Source: Nitrospirales bacterium (GTDB taxonomy: Bacteria > Nitrospirota > Nitrospiria > Nitrospirales > UBA8639). From it: a stretch of 64,000 bases of DNA. Below the pieces are notes generated by a model, which saw nothing but the letters and a program-made list of their open reading frames with translations, did not search any database and was not told where the DNA came from. This document shows, piece by piece, positions 31,077 through 41,751 of the stretch. The first letter of the stretch is position 1. Every line of letters begins with the position of its first letter. Position numbers and translations under genes: made by a program. Where the stretch lies: NCBI GenBank assembly GCA_963555755.3, contig OY820905.2, positions 4,352,001 through 4,416,000 on the forward strand, given 5' to 3'.

Positions 31077-32545
31077 CAATACTGTTCACTTAGATGAAAA
31101 TCTGTTATGCTTCGCCTCCACACGTAATCTGGGAGGAGGCAACATGGCAAGAAAGAAAGTCGGCTTGGGGGCGGGGGCTCGATTGGCGGATTATTTGAGC
31201 ACGGGATTACTGGCTCGTGCCTTTCCGGTGGCCATCATCAACGAAGAACTTGACGCACATCATTGTAACAGTGAACGTGTCCGCACCTTTCCCGCTTCTG
31301 CCGTGGTGTACTACACCATGGCGTTGAGCTTATACAGCGAGGCCGCGTACGAAGCGGTGTTTGCCGCTGTGGCCCAAGGGCTGGCCTGGCAAGACCAGCA
31401 ACCTGTGGCTCCCGTGAGCGTTGTCAAATCCGCCATCAGCAAAGCCCGCTCACGGCTGACGTGGCAGGCGCTGAAAGCCATTGGGCAGCGCTGCTTGCGC
31501 CCGTTGGCTCGTCCAGAGCATGCCCACGCCTTTTTTGCAGGCTACCGACTCGTCGCGATAGATGGCTCCAACTTTGAGGTCCCGGATGAGGAAGCCACTG
31601 TGCAAGCCTTTGGGTACCCAGGGAGCCGAACCGGGCAGGCCGGCTACCCCCAAGCCCAGTGCGCCATTTTGACGGAATGTGCCAGTCACGCCATTTTGGA
31701 TGCCGAACTAGGGGCCTATAAGCAGGCCGAATGGGAGGTGGCCGCGCCCTTGGTGCGTCGCCTCACGCCCGACATGCTCTGCATGGCCGATCGCGGCTTT
31801 GTCGGGTACGCCCATTGGCAGGCCGGCCTTCAGACCGGAGCGCAACTGCTCTGGCGCATGCCGAAGCACTTGCTCCTTCCGGTTGACAAGCTGTTGGACG
31901 ATGGCTCGTACCTGAGCCGTCTGTACCCCAGTGAACGCGCCAGAAGAAAGCGAATCGATGGGATCGCCCTCAGGGTGATTGAGTATGTCTTACCGCAGGG
32001 GCCCAATAGCGAACCGCTGTACCGTCTCGTCACCACGCTGCTGGATGACCAAGGCGCACCCGCCCAGGACCTGGCTCAACTGTATCACGAGCGCTGGGAG
32101 GTGGAATTGGTGTTTGATGAGCTGAAGACGCACCTGGGGCAACGTCGTCGCGTCCTGCGCAGTAAAACGCCAGAGTTGGTGCGTCAAGAGTTCTACGGAT
32201 GGGTGATGGCCCACTACGCCGTGCGCTGGTTGATGTATCAAGGGGCCACCCAGGCAGACATCCCGGACCGCACAGTATCTTTTACGGCCACGGTGCAGTT
32301 AGTGCGTCGAACCCTGCCCCAATCTGGGGCCCTTCCCCCCTGAGCGCCAAAAAACATGGTATCGGCTGCTGTTTGAGGCGACGGCAAAACTGTTGTGTGA
32401 ATCCAGCCGGGGAAAAATCAAGCCGAGGATGGTGAAACGCCGAAACTCTCCATACGCACCGTACAAACGCCCGAGACCGCCCGTTGCGCAAATGGACTGG
32501 ACACCATCCATCAAACCACCGAAGATATCTAAGTGAACAGTATTG
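31077..32545 (+). mobile_element. IS4-family element A (1469 bp), transposase 31144-32343
   Basis: IR CAATACTGTTCACTTAGAT; TSD GGTCAGGTCT; AIDGS, ADRGF and YHERWEVELVFDELK motifs. Confidence 0.95.
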
Positions 32546-32588
32546 GGTCAGGTCTAACATTAATACATGCCCTGTTGTACTCAAGCCA

Positions 32589-32945
32589 TGGCCAGACCGT
32601 TACGACTGGAATTTGCGGGTGCGGTGTATCATGTCACCGCAAGAGGAGATAGGCGCGAGGTCATCTCTCGGGCTGCTGACAATAGAGAACACGGGCTGGA
32701 AGTCTTTGCCAGCGTCTGTGAAAGTTTCAACTGGGTCATGCAGGTGTAGGAATGTGAGACCCGACCCAATACTCCGGACCCTTGTCATTGGATGAATATC
32801 ACCGACGCTCTCAGAGGAGATAATGAAGCGATGGCCAGGCTTATCTATCAGGGGCTTACACGATGGCGGAGATCGGCGGTCATTTTGGTCTACACTACTA
32901 TATGACGGTGAGTCGAGCCGTGCAACAATTTGAAGGAACACAGCA
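32589..32945 (+). pseudogene. REP-associated tyrosine transposase (RAYT, Y1 HUH), internally deleted
   Basis: MARPLRLEFAGAVYHVTARGDRRE N-terminus; AYLSGAYTMAEIGGHFGLHY..VSRAV C-terminus; flanking REP inverted repeats. Confidence 0.85.
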
Positions 32946-33131
32946 TCCCATGTAGGAATGTTAGAACTGACCCCCAACCTGCTATGGTCGGTTCTGACCA
33001 TGGTAATTTGCTTGTCGCTACCCTTTAGTATAGATGTAGGTTATTGTAGAAGTTCATTGAGTTTTCTCCTTTTTTGGTTTAGCCGCCTTCCAGTATAGCT
33101 GATATGGCTAAGCTGGGGGAGAAGGCTCAAT

Positions 33132-33200
33132 GAGTATCAAAGCAATGAACAGGGATTTTTCAAGCTACGCTTTCAAAATCCGTTATTGCGGTCGTTATGT
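33132..33200 (+). other. attC-like recombination site (degenerate R'')
   Basis: Imperfect palindrome GCAATGAACAGGGATTTT / AAAATCCGTTATTGC with extrahelical bases, ending in GTTATGT. Confidence 0.65.
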
Positions 33201-33225
33201 GTACACTAGGCTTAAAATGAAAGTA

Positions 33226-34237
33226 TATGCCTTCCCATTTGACTAAGGTTAGTCCCTAGACTAGTCTGCTGGACTATGGACACAGGGTATGCTGCTGATA
33301 TCTTGGATTTTTCTGTTAGGTTCCACACCGAAGAAGCGTGCTTCGAGTACTTGCGGGCGATTCGGTGGCCAGACGGGTTTATGTGTCCAGCTTGCGGTCA
33401 TCGCGGTGGTTGGTGGCTCAAAAAATATTTCCGGTTTGAGTGTTCGTCGTGTCATAGACAGACATCACCGCTAAGCGGCACAGTGATGCATAGATCGCAC
33501 TTGCCGCTACGGCTTTGGTTTTGGGCTGCCTATTTCGTCTCCACGCACACACCTGGCATCAGTGCTGTGCAATTGCAGCGTCAACTCAGTATCAAGAAGG
33601 TGGATAGCGCCTGGTATTTGCTCCACAGATTGCGACGAGGAATGGTACGACAGAACCGTGAACGGCTCGCAGGAACAGTTGAAGCCGATGAAACCCATAT
33701 CGGTGGACCGGTAAAAGGCAAAACGGGCCGTGGCGTCGCGAAAGCGAAAACCAAGACGTTAATAGCCGGAGCCGTAGAAATTGTCACGTACACACAAGGG
33801 GATCACTTTCGAGAGAAAGCAGGGCGTTTACGATTAGCGATTCTTCAAGACGCTGGAGAGAACGAGATCAAAGCATTCCTCAATAGCCATGTCGCTGAGG
33901 GCAGTAAGATCAAGTCCGATGGTTGGAAGGGATACTCGGCAAAAGCCTTGGCAGGATACGAACACCTGAGACGGACCCAGGGTGACCCAGCAAGTGCTGG
34001 GAAGCACGCTCCACACATCCATAGAGCGTTCGGCAATCTGCAGACCTGGCTGAACGGGATTCACCATGGAGTGGATTCAAAATACCTGCAACACTATCTT
34101 GATGAGTTTGTCTTTCGCTATAACCGCCGTGAGACTCCAATGAGTACCTTCCAGAGTTTGTTGAAAATCCTGACCAGCAGCTCAAAACCCTTGGGATTCA
34201 ATAAACTGAAGCAACCTTAGTTAAATGGGAAGGCATA
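33226..34237 (+). mobile_element. IS1595-family element (1012 bp), transposase 33276-34220
   Basis: IR TATGCCTTCCCATTT.ACTAAGG; 8-bp TSD TGAAAGTA; zinc ribbon, VEADETHIGG, SDGWKGY and YLDEFVFRYNRR motifs. Confidence 0.93.
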
Positions 34238-34491
34238 TGAAAGTATATATATTTGCAGCTTTATTTGGATTATTTGTAACTTTTTTGGGTCTTTTTGCAG
34301 GGCTACAACTATCTCCAATTCTGGGGAATATATTAGCCTTCCCGTTTGTCATATCCGCGATTATTACTGGTACTGGCGTTTTCACTTATTCTAGAAGTGT
34401 ATTTCTTGGTCTATTTTTATTTACTAGTTTGTTTTGGGCCGCAATATTTATTCTAATAATAAAACTCAAAACTATATTTTTTCACAATTAA
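34237..34491 (+). CDS. Small membrane protein, probable integron gene cassette ORF
   Basis: 84 aa, hydrophobic, AT-rich; bounded by GTTATGT (33194) and ACATAAC (34502). Confidence 0.65.
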   Translation: MKVYIFAALFGLFVTFLGLFAGLQLSPILGNILAFPFVISAIITGTGVFTYSRSVFLGLFLFTSLFWAAIFILIIKLKTIFFHN

Positions 34492-34541
34492 CAATGTTTA
34501 AACATAACAAGAATCCGGGGTTAGGGTCTGGGGTCAGGTCT

Positions 34542-36010
34542 CAATACTGTTCACTTAGATATCTTCGGTGGTTTGATGGATGGTGTCCAGTCAATTTGCG
34601 CAACGGGCGGTCTCGGACGTTTGTACGGTGCGTATGGAGAGTTTCGGCGTTTCACCATCCTCGGCTTGATTTTTCCACGACTGGATTCACACAACAGTTT
34701 CGCCGTCGCCTCAAACAGCAGCCGATACCATGTTTTTTGGCGCTCAGGGGGGAAGGGCCCCAGATTGGGGCAGGGTTCGACGCACTAACTGCACCGTGGC
34801 CGTAAAAGATACCGTGCGGTCAGGGATGTCTGCCTGGGTGGCCCCTTGATACATCAACCAGCGCACGGCGTAGTGGGCCATCACCCATCCGTAGAACTCT
34901 TGACGCACCAACTCTGGCGTTTTACTGCGCAGGACGCGACGACGTTGCCTCAGGTGCGTCTTCAGCTCATCAAACACCAATTCCACCTCCCAGCGCTCGT
35001 GATACAGTTGAGCCAGGTCCTGGGCGGGTGCGCCTTGGTCATCCAGCAGCGTGGTGACGAGACGGTACAGCGGTTCGCTATTGGGCCCCTGCGGTAAGAC
35101 ATACTCAATCACCCTGATGGCGATCCCATCAATTCGCTTTCTTCTGGCGCGTTCACTGGGATACAGATGGCTCAGGTACGAGCCATCGTCCAACAGCTTG
35201 TCAACTGGAAGGATCAAGCTCTTCGGCATGCGCCAGAGTAGTTGCGCTCCGGTCTGAAGGCCGGCCTGCCAATGGGCGTACCCGACAAAGCCGCGATCGG
35301 CCATGCAGAGCATGTCGGGCGTGAGGCGACGCACCAAGGGCGCGGCCACCTCCCATTCGGCCTGCTTATAGGCCCCTAGTTCGGCATCCAAAATGGCGTG
35401 ACTGGCACATTCCGTCAAAATGGCGCACTGGGCTTGGGGGTAGCCGGCCTGCCCGGTTCGGCTCCCTGGGTACCCAAAGGCTTGCACATTGGCTTCCTCA
35501 TCCGGGACCTCAAAGTTGGAGCCATCTATCGCGACGAGTCGGTAGCCTGCAAAAAAGGCGTGGGCATGCTCTGGACGAGCCAACGGGCGCAAGCAGCGCT
35601 GTCCAATGGCTTTCAGCGCCTTCCACGTCAGCCGTGAGCGGGCTTTGCTGATGGCTGATTTGACAACGGTCACGGGAGCAACGGGTTTGTGGTCTTTCCA
35701 TGCCAGCCCTTGGGCCACAGCGGCAAACACCGCTTCGTACGCGGCCTCGCTGTATAAGCTCAACGCCATGGTGTAGTACACCACGGCAGAAGCGGGAAAG
35801 GTGCGGACACGTTCACTGTTACAATGATGTGCGTCAAGTTCTTCGTTGATGATGGCCACCGGAAAGGCACGAGCCAGTAATCCCGTGCTCAAATAATCCG
35901 CCAATCGAGCCCCCGCCCCCAAGCCGACTTTCTTTCTTGCCATGTTGCCTCCTCCCAGATTACGTGTGGAGGCGAAGTATAACAGATTTTCATCTAAGTG
36001 AACAGTATTG
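34542..36010 (-). mobile_element. IS4-family element B (1469 bp), transposase 34744-35943
   Basis: Close homologue of A in the opposite orientation; same TSD GGTCAGGTCT. Confidence 0.95.
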
Positions 36011-36177
36011 GGTCAGGTCTCACATTCCTACATGCCCTGTTGTACTCAAGCCATGGCCAGCAAATTCCAGCCGTAACAGCAAATTCCAGCCGTAAAGGTT
36101 TTGCCAAGCAAAGCATGTAGGAATGTGAGAACTGACCCCTCCACAGAACTGACCCCACCACCCACCATGACCAGCAC

Positions 36178-37110
36178 CTAAAATATTGATAATTTCGTTC
36201 TGGTCGTTAAAAATTCAAGAATTTTCATGCCTTTATACGAGTTGCCTTTGGCATTTAATTTTGGGCTCCAAACCGCAATACTAAAGTGCCCGGGGTAAAT
36301 AGCGATAATCCCACCGCCGACTCCACTTTTTCCCGGCAATCCCACCTTAAAGGAAAACTCTCCGGCTTCGTCATAAAACCCGCAGAGTTGCATAATGGCA
36401 TTGATCCGCTTGGATTTACTCACATTCACCACGCGTTCATGGGTGAGTGGATGAACCCCCTTGGCGGCAAGAAACAAAAACCCTTGAGCTAATTCCTTAC
36501 ATGTCATTTCAATGGAGCAGAGATGGAAATATAAGTCTAAAACGATCTCGATATCATTGTGAATATTGCCAAAGGTCTTCATTAAATTAATGAGGGCCGC
36601 GTTGGTATAGCCCGTTAATTTTTCTGATTCAGCAACCCGGGGGCAGTAATCTATCGTGGGATTCCCGGATACCTTTCTCGTGAATTCAAGAAATTCTTGT
36701 TTAGGGTGTTGCAGGCGGCTTACCAGAATATCGCAAAGGACCAAGGCGCCCGCATTGATGAACGGGTTACGAGGAATTCCCTTTTCATATTCTAATTGAA
36801 CCAATGAATTAAACGGGGTGCCGGAGGGTTCCACCCCGACTCTCTCCCACAAAAAATCATCTTCCAATTCAAAGGCTAAGACCAAGGATAATACTTTGGA
36901 AATACTTTGAATCGAAAATTTATCATTGGAATCGCCCAAGCTATAATTCTGATTATCGATGGTGGTCAGATGAATGCCAAATTTCTTGGGATCCACATTT
37001 CGTAATTCAGGGATATAGGAAGCCAGATGGCCGATGTCTTTCAAGTGTCGTAATTCGATCGCCATGTCCGAAAATAGTTTTTTATAATCCAGACCCTGAT
37101 CGGATTTCAT
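36178..37110 (-). CDS. glsA: Glutaminase
   Basis: FSIQSISK, GVEPSGTPFNS, NPFINAGA and GLPGKSGVGGG motifs. Confidence 0.95.
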   Translation of the reverse strand: MKSDQGLDYKKLFSDMAIELRHLKDIGHLASYIPELRNVDPKKFGIHLTTIDNQNYSLGDSNDKFSIQSISKVLSLVLAFELEDDFLWERVGVEPSGTPFNSLVQLEYEKGIPRNPFINAGALVLCDILVSRLQHPKQEFLEFTRKVSGNPTIDYCPRVAESEKLTGYTNAALINLMKTFGNIHNDIEIVLDLYFHLCSIEMTCKELAQGFLFLAAKGVHPLTHERVVNVSKSKRINAIMQLCGFYDEAGEFSFKVGLPGKSGVGGGIIAIYPGHFSIAVWSPKLNAKGNSYKGMKILEFLTTRTKLSIF

Positions 37111-37373
37111 GTCAAATACTCACGAGGGTAAGGGATGACCACTTGCCAGCTTTAAGATTGCAGCTGTAAGTCTAGACTCCGTGTTCCCGTGTCGCAAGAT
37201 AGATTCGCACAGCTAGTGCCTACGCCTTTTCCAGTCTTGCAGTCGGTACAATAGGTGGGATCCTGGGAAGCCCCATGGCCACGTCTGCACCTACCCTGAG
37301 TTGGAATACTTTTCCAGAGCTGGGGGTCCACTGGGAGGCAGTCTTCGCATTTCTACCAGGGGACTGTTGAAAA

Positions 37374-37402
37374 TTGCGTCACTGTAAGGCATCGGTTATA
37401 CT
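37374..37402 (+). promoter_or_regulatory. Predicted sigma70 promoter of tldD (TTGCGT-N17-TATACT)
   Basis: Canonical spacing, 55 bp upstream of the ATG; duplicated at 28714-28742. Confidence 0.6.
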
Positions 37403-37457
37403 CCTTTTCGAAATTTGGTAATCGGAAAATTCCCTTAGAATACTATTTGGAGCATTC

Positions 37458-38894
37458 ATGGAACCTCAAGCCGTTGAACTTGCACATTTTTCGCTGCATG
37501 AGAGCGAAATCCAGCATGCCTTGGGTCGGGTGAAGGTCAAGGATGTTGATTACGCCGATATTTATATCGAATCGACAATCTCTGAATCAGTGTCCATGGA
37601 AGAAGGCATCGTCAAGCGGGCGGTGAAAAGTATTTCTCAAGGTGCGGGCGTTCGAGCCACGGCTGGGGAAAAGACCGGGTTTGCGTATTCCGACGAAATC
37701 TCGAAACGGGATTTGGAAATTGCCGCGGATACCGCTCGGTACATTGCGAGTTCTCCGCAGGGGGAAACGCCTATTGCGGTGACGCATCGTCCACCGCTTG
37801 CACAAAATCTCTATCCCATCGACCAACCCAACACTGCCATTGCGACCCAAGATCGGGTCGATCTGCTGAATCTCATCGATGTGGAAGCCAGGCGGTACGA
37901 TTCGCGCATTACCAAAGTCATGGCGTCATTCAACACCGAGCACAAGGTCATCATGGTGGCGACAACCGATGGTTTGTTGGTGGGGGATGTTCAACCGCTC
38001 TCTCGCTTGCAAGTGACGTGTATTGCCGAGGAGGGGACGAATCGGCAAGTCGGGTCGTACGGGGGTGGGGGGCGAATTGGGTTTTCATTTTATCTTGAAC
38101 AGGATCGCGCTCGTGAATACGCACGAGAAGCCGCGCGCCAAGCGATATTGAACTTGAGTGCCGTGGATGCCCCAGCTGGCGTCATGCCGGTGGTTTTGGC
38201 CGGGGGTTGGCCGGGGATTCTGTTGCATGAAGCCATCGGGCATGGGCTGGAAGCGGATTTTAATCGAAAGAAAACCTCAGCGTTTAGCAATCTCCTTGGC
38301 CAACGCGTGGCTTCGGAAGTGTGTACTATTGTCGATGATGGCACGCTGCCCGCACGGCGCGGGTCGCTGAATATTGATGATGAGGGTACGCCAACAACGC
38401 GGACCGTTTTAATCGAAGACGGGATTTTACGCGGCTATATTACCGATCGTCTCAATGCCCGGCTCATGGGGATTCCCCTGACTGGTAATGGTCGACGGGA
38501 AGATTTTCGGAGCATCGTATTGCCACGGATGACCAATACCTTCATGTTAGCCGGGAAATCTGATCCGGAAGAAATCATTGGCTCCGTCAAGAATGGCCTG
38601 TATGCGGCCTCCTTTGGTGGCGGGCAAGTTGATATTACGAATGGCAAGTTTGTGTTTTCCGCGAGCGAGGCCTATTTGATCGAAGATGGGGTGGTGACGA
38701 AACCTGTCAAAGGTGCGACCCTGATTGGCAGTGGCCCAGAAATTCTTAAACAGGTTTCGATGGTGGGGCATGACCTGAAGTTGGATTCGGGGATCGGGAC
38801 CTGTGGAAAAGAAGGGCAATCCGTTCCCGTTGGTGTGGGTCTTCCCACGATTCGCATTGATGAAATTACCGTTGGTGGAACCGCTGCTTCATAG
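37458..38894 (+). CDS. tldD: Metalloprotease TldD
   Basis: GWPGILLHEAIGHGLEAD, PRMTNT and GTCGKEGQSVPVG motifs. Confidence 0.97.
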   Translation: MEPQAVELAHFSLHESEIQHALGRVKVKDVDYADIYIESTISESVSMEEGIVKRAVKSISQGAGVRATAGEKTGFAYSDEISKRDLEIAADTARYIASSPQGETPIAVTHRPPLAQNLYPIDQPNTAIATQDRVDLLNLIDVEARRYDSRITKVMASFNTEHKVIMVATTDGLLVGDVQPLSRLQVTCIAEEGTNRQVGSYGGGGRIGFSFYLEQDRAREYAREAARQAILNLSAVDAPAGVMPVVLAGGWPGILLHEAIGHGLEADFNRKKTSAFSNLLGQRVASEVCTIVDDGTLPARRGSLNIDDEGTPTTRTVLIEDGILRGYITDRLNARLMGIPLTGNGRREDFRSIVLPRMTNTFMLAGKSDPEEIIGSVKNGLYAASFGGGQVDITNGKFVFSASEAYLIEDGVVTKPVKGATLIGSGPEILKQVSMVGHDLKLDSGIGTCGKEGQSVPVGVGLPTIRIDEITVGGTAAS

Positions 38895-39016
38895 TAACTA
38901 TTCAGGTTCAGAGTTAATGAGTGACTGGTTCACGGTTTAGGGTAGACAGAGGAAGCCAAAAGGGTTTGGAACTATGTATTCGTGGCAAAAAGGCTATAAA
39001 AAAACCCAAGAAAGCC

Positions 39017-39112
39017 AACCCCGAACCCCGAACTTTGAACCCCGAACCCTGAACCCTGAACCCTTAACCTTGAACCCTGAACCCTGAACCCTGAACCTTG
39101 AACCTTGACCCT
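39017..39112. repeat. Heptamer (ACCCTGA-type) tandem repeat
   Basis: Over a dozen degenerate 7-mers; complementary GGTTCA arm at ~38903-38940. Confidence 0.8.
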
Positions 39113-39171
39113 AAGCAATTAAGTTTTTTGTTTATCCTCACCTCCTACTTTTTACCAAGGATTGCGCAATC

Positions 39172-40533
39172 ATGACCGACCCCTCAGACCACCTTCGTGA
39201 CGTGGCTGCTGATTTAATTACTCGAGCAAAAGCCCATGGGGTAACGAGTGCAGATGTGCTGGTCGCTGAAGGCGATTCGGTGTCGGTTCAGGTTCGGTTG
39301 TCTGCGGTGGATCGTCTCAGCAAGGCCAGGGAAAAGAACTTGGGCATTCGCGTGTTTTTTGGAAAGCGGTCGGCGAGCACGTCTACCTCGGATTTTACGC
39401 CGGAATCATTGGATCAGTTAGTGACTGATACCTGCACGCTCGCTAAAGCTGTGGCCGAAGATGATACGTCCGGATTGCCGGATGAAGGGGCGATGGCCAG
39501 TGATCATCCTGATTTAGATCTGTTCGATCCGACAACGCTGACTATAGATGAAGAGATTGCGTTGGCTCGGCGGGCTGAAGATGCTGCGATGGCAGCGGAT
39601 GCACGGATCACAAATTCGGAAGGAGCTGATTGTGCCTACGGGAACGGTTCAGTGGTCTTAGCCAATACCCATGGGTTTCTTGACTCTCATCGTAGCTCAC
39701 GATTTTCGTTGTCCGTATCACCCATTGCCGTTGATGAAAAAAATGGCGGCGGGATGCAACGCGATTCATGGTACACCATCAAGCGAAACTACTCGTTACT
39801 CGATACGCCGGAATCCATCGGGCAGATTGCTGCGAAGCGTACGATTCGCCGGTTAGGCGCGACCAAAGTGAGCACGCAGCGTGTTCCGGTCATCTTTGAT
39901 ACGGAAACCGCTGAGAGTTTGTTGGGACATCTGGCCAGCGCTATCTCGGGATATACTCTATACAAGGGCGCGTCATTTCTTCTTGGACAATTGGGGAAGC
40001 GGATTGCGCCGGAGTTTGTCTGCGTCGAGGACGATGGACGCTTGGTTGGTGGCCTGGGATCGAGGCCATTTGATGGAGAGGGCTTAGCCACCCGGAGAAA
40101 CATCATTCTGGAGAATGGGGTGCTGTCCAGTTATTTGCTAGATACCTATTCCGGACGAAAGTTAGGAATGCCTTCCACGGGGAATGCTGCGCGAAGTGTG
40201 GGGGAGAATCCTTCTGTGGCGACCACGAATTTCTTTTTGCGACCTGGGACCACGACTCCGAAAGAGATTATTGGTTCGGTGAAGCAAGGGTTGTATGTCA
40301 CGGAATTGATCGGGTTTGGCGTGAACATGTTGACGGGTGATTATTCGCGTGGTGCCTCGGGGCTTTGGATTGAGAATGGTGAACTGGCGTATCCTGTGGA
40401 AGAAGTGACCATTGCGGGAAATTTGAAACAGATTTTTGAGCAGATCGAAGTCATTGGGAACGATCTGGAGTTTCGCGGGCGAATGGCAAGCCCCACGATA
40501 AAAATTGCCGAGATGACGGTTGCTGGGAATTAG
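39172..40533 (+). CDS. pmbA: TldE/PmbA peptidase subunit
   Basis: SRPFDGEG, TGDYSRGASG and EVTIAGNL motifs. Confidence 0.95.
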   Translation: MTDPSDHLRDVAADLITRAKAHGVTSADVLVAEGDSVSVQVRLSAVDRLSKAREKNLGIRVFFGKRSASTSTSDFTPESLDQLVTDTCTLAKAVAEDDTSGLPDEGAMASDHPDLDLFDPTTLTIDEEIALARRAEDAAMAADARITNSEGADCAYGNGSVVLANTHGFLDSHRSSRFSLSVSPIAVDEKNGGGMQRDSWYTIKRNYSLLDTPESIGQIAAKRTIRRLGATKVSTQRVPVIFDTETAESLLGHLASAISGYTLYKGASFLLGQLGKRIAPEFVCVEDDGRLVGGLGSRPFDGEGLATRRNIILENGVLSSYLLDTYSGRKLGMPSTGNAARSVGENPSVATTNFFLRPGTTTPKEIIGSVKQGLYVTELIGFGVNMLTGDYSRGASGLWIENGELAYPVEEVTIAGNLKQIFEQIEVIGNDLEFRGRMASPTIKIAEMTVAGN

Positions 40534-40583
40534 GGGTTCGCGCGAGAATGTCAACCTGGTCAACCAAAATTTGAAGGACATAT

Positions 40584-40856
40584 GTGGCACGATTCACGTT
40601 GGAGGAATTCTCAGAGCGACGGCCGAAGTTGGTCTATATTGCGGGAAACGTGGTGGATGCTAAACACGTGGAAGCCGCACTCAGTGAAATTCAAATTGAT
40701 TACGCCATGAATGTTGAACCCTATGCCAACAATTCGTTTCTCGAGGGCACCTATCACGGTGTGTTTTTTTATGTGTCGGAAGGCGAGGCGCCACGAAGTC
40801 GGGAATGCTTGAATGGCCGTGGCTTCACCAATACCCTTGCCCTAGAAGATCAGTAA
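40584..40856 (+). CDS. Hypothetical protein
   Basis: GAAGGA RBS, GTG start, co-oriented with the operon. Confidence 0.6.
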   Translation: MARFTLEEFSERRPKLVYIAGNVVDAKHVEAALSEIQIDYAMNVEPYANNSFLEGTYHGVFFYVSEGEAPRSRECLNGRGFTNTLALEDQ

Positions 40857-40940
40857 AGGGACTGTATGGGACGGTTGAATAATTCGAAATTTCCCGTGCC
40901 TGAATCCCGTTTGAAATCTTTCATGAATCATCAATAGCAG

Positions 40941-41061
40941 AGGGCTCGTTCAAAAAGGCCGTCCAGCAAGGCCGCAGGCCCGTTGGCGCGCGGAGCGTAC
41001 TCGGGTACGTGAGCACGACAACGGGCCGAGAACGCCGCTGGCGGACTTTTTGAACGGGCCC
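40941..41061. repeat. MITE-like repeat (family also at ~43641-43906, 53514-53634, 60392-60515, 61160-61280, 62986-63107)
   Basis: TT(C/G)AAAAAGG...CTTTTT(C/G)AAC IR with shared CAGCAAGGCCGCAG/GCGCGGAGCGTAC core. Confidence 0.85.
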
Positions 41062-41074
41062 TGAATAGGAGTGA

Positions 41075-41587
41075 ATGATGCCGTTAGATACTGAAGATGG
41101 AGCCAAAGCGTTACAACTGATTACCTCTCGTTATGATGCACGCGAATGGCGAAAGAAAATTGAAAAAACCTTGAGCCTACCACCGAAAGGCATGGAAGAT
41201 GACGTGCAGCGGAAAATTTTTTTGCATCTCAAGCTGGCGTTGCAAGCGTATAAATCACGACGTGCCGACGCCCCGGCTTGGGTGGTGGGCGGGTATGGCA
41301 CGAAAGAAGTCATTGATCGAGCCAAGCTTCGTCCCACGGAAATTGATCCCGCGATGACTCCAGATCAGGTGGCGTTTTTGGGGGAAGACCCTGGTTCTGA
41401 AGTTGATCAAACTTGGTGGGAAGACATGCTCGTGAAGTGGTTTGAAGAGCCTGAAGAAGAGGTGGTTGAAGCGGAAGCTTCTGATGAAGAAGGCGAAGAC
41501 GACGAAGAAGGGGAAGACGGTAAAGACGGTTCTGATACCGCTGCATCGGATTCGGATACATCCGAACCAACGAAAAAATCAACATAG
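41075..41587 (+). CDS. Hypothetical protein with acidic C-terminal tail
   Basis: AGGAG RBS; 170 aa. Confidence 0.75.
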   Translation: MMPLDTEDGAKALQLITSRYDAREWRKKIEKTLSLPPKGMEDDVQRKIFLHLKLALQAYKSRRADAPAWVVGGYGTKEVIDRAKLRPTEIDPAMTPDQVAFLGEDPGSEVDQTWWEDMLVKWFEEPEEEVVEAEASDEEGEDDEEGEDGKDGSDTAASDSDTSEPTKKST

Positions 41588-41751
41588 GAGTTTTGTGTCT
41601 CCCTGCCTTGTGCTCGCACGATGGGCTGGGCAATTTTTAGGTGGCTCTTTGCCTAATTGTGCGGGTACTTTTTTTTGAAGATTCCCACTCAACTTCCCCT
41701 TTCCCAAAGGGGGAGATATACAATACCCTCTCACCAATGCTTCTCCTTGAA

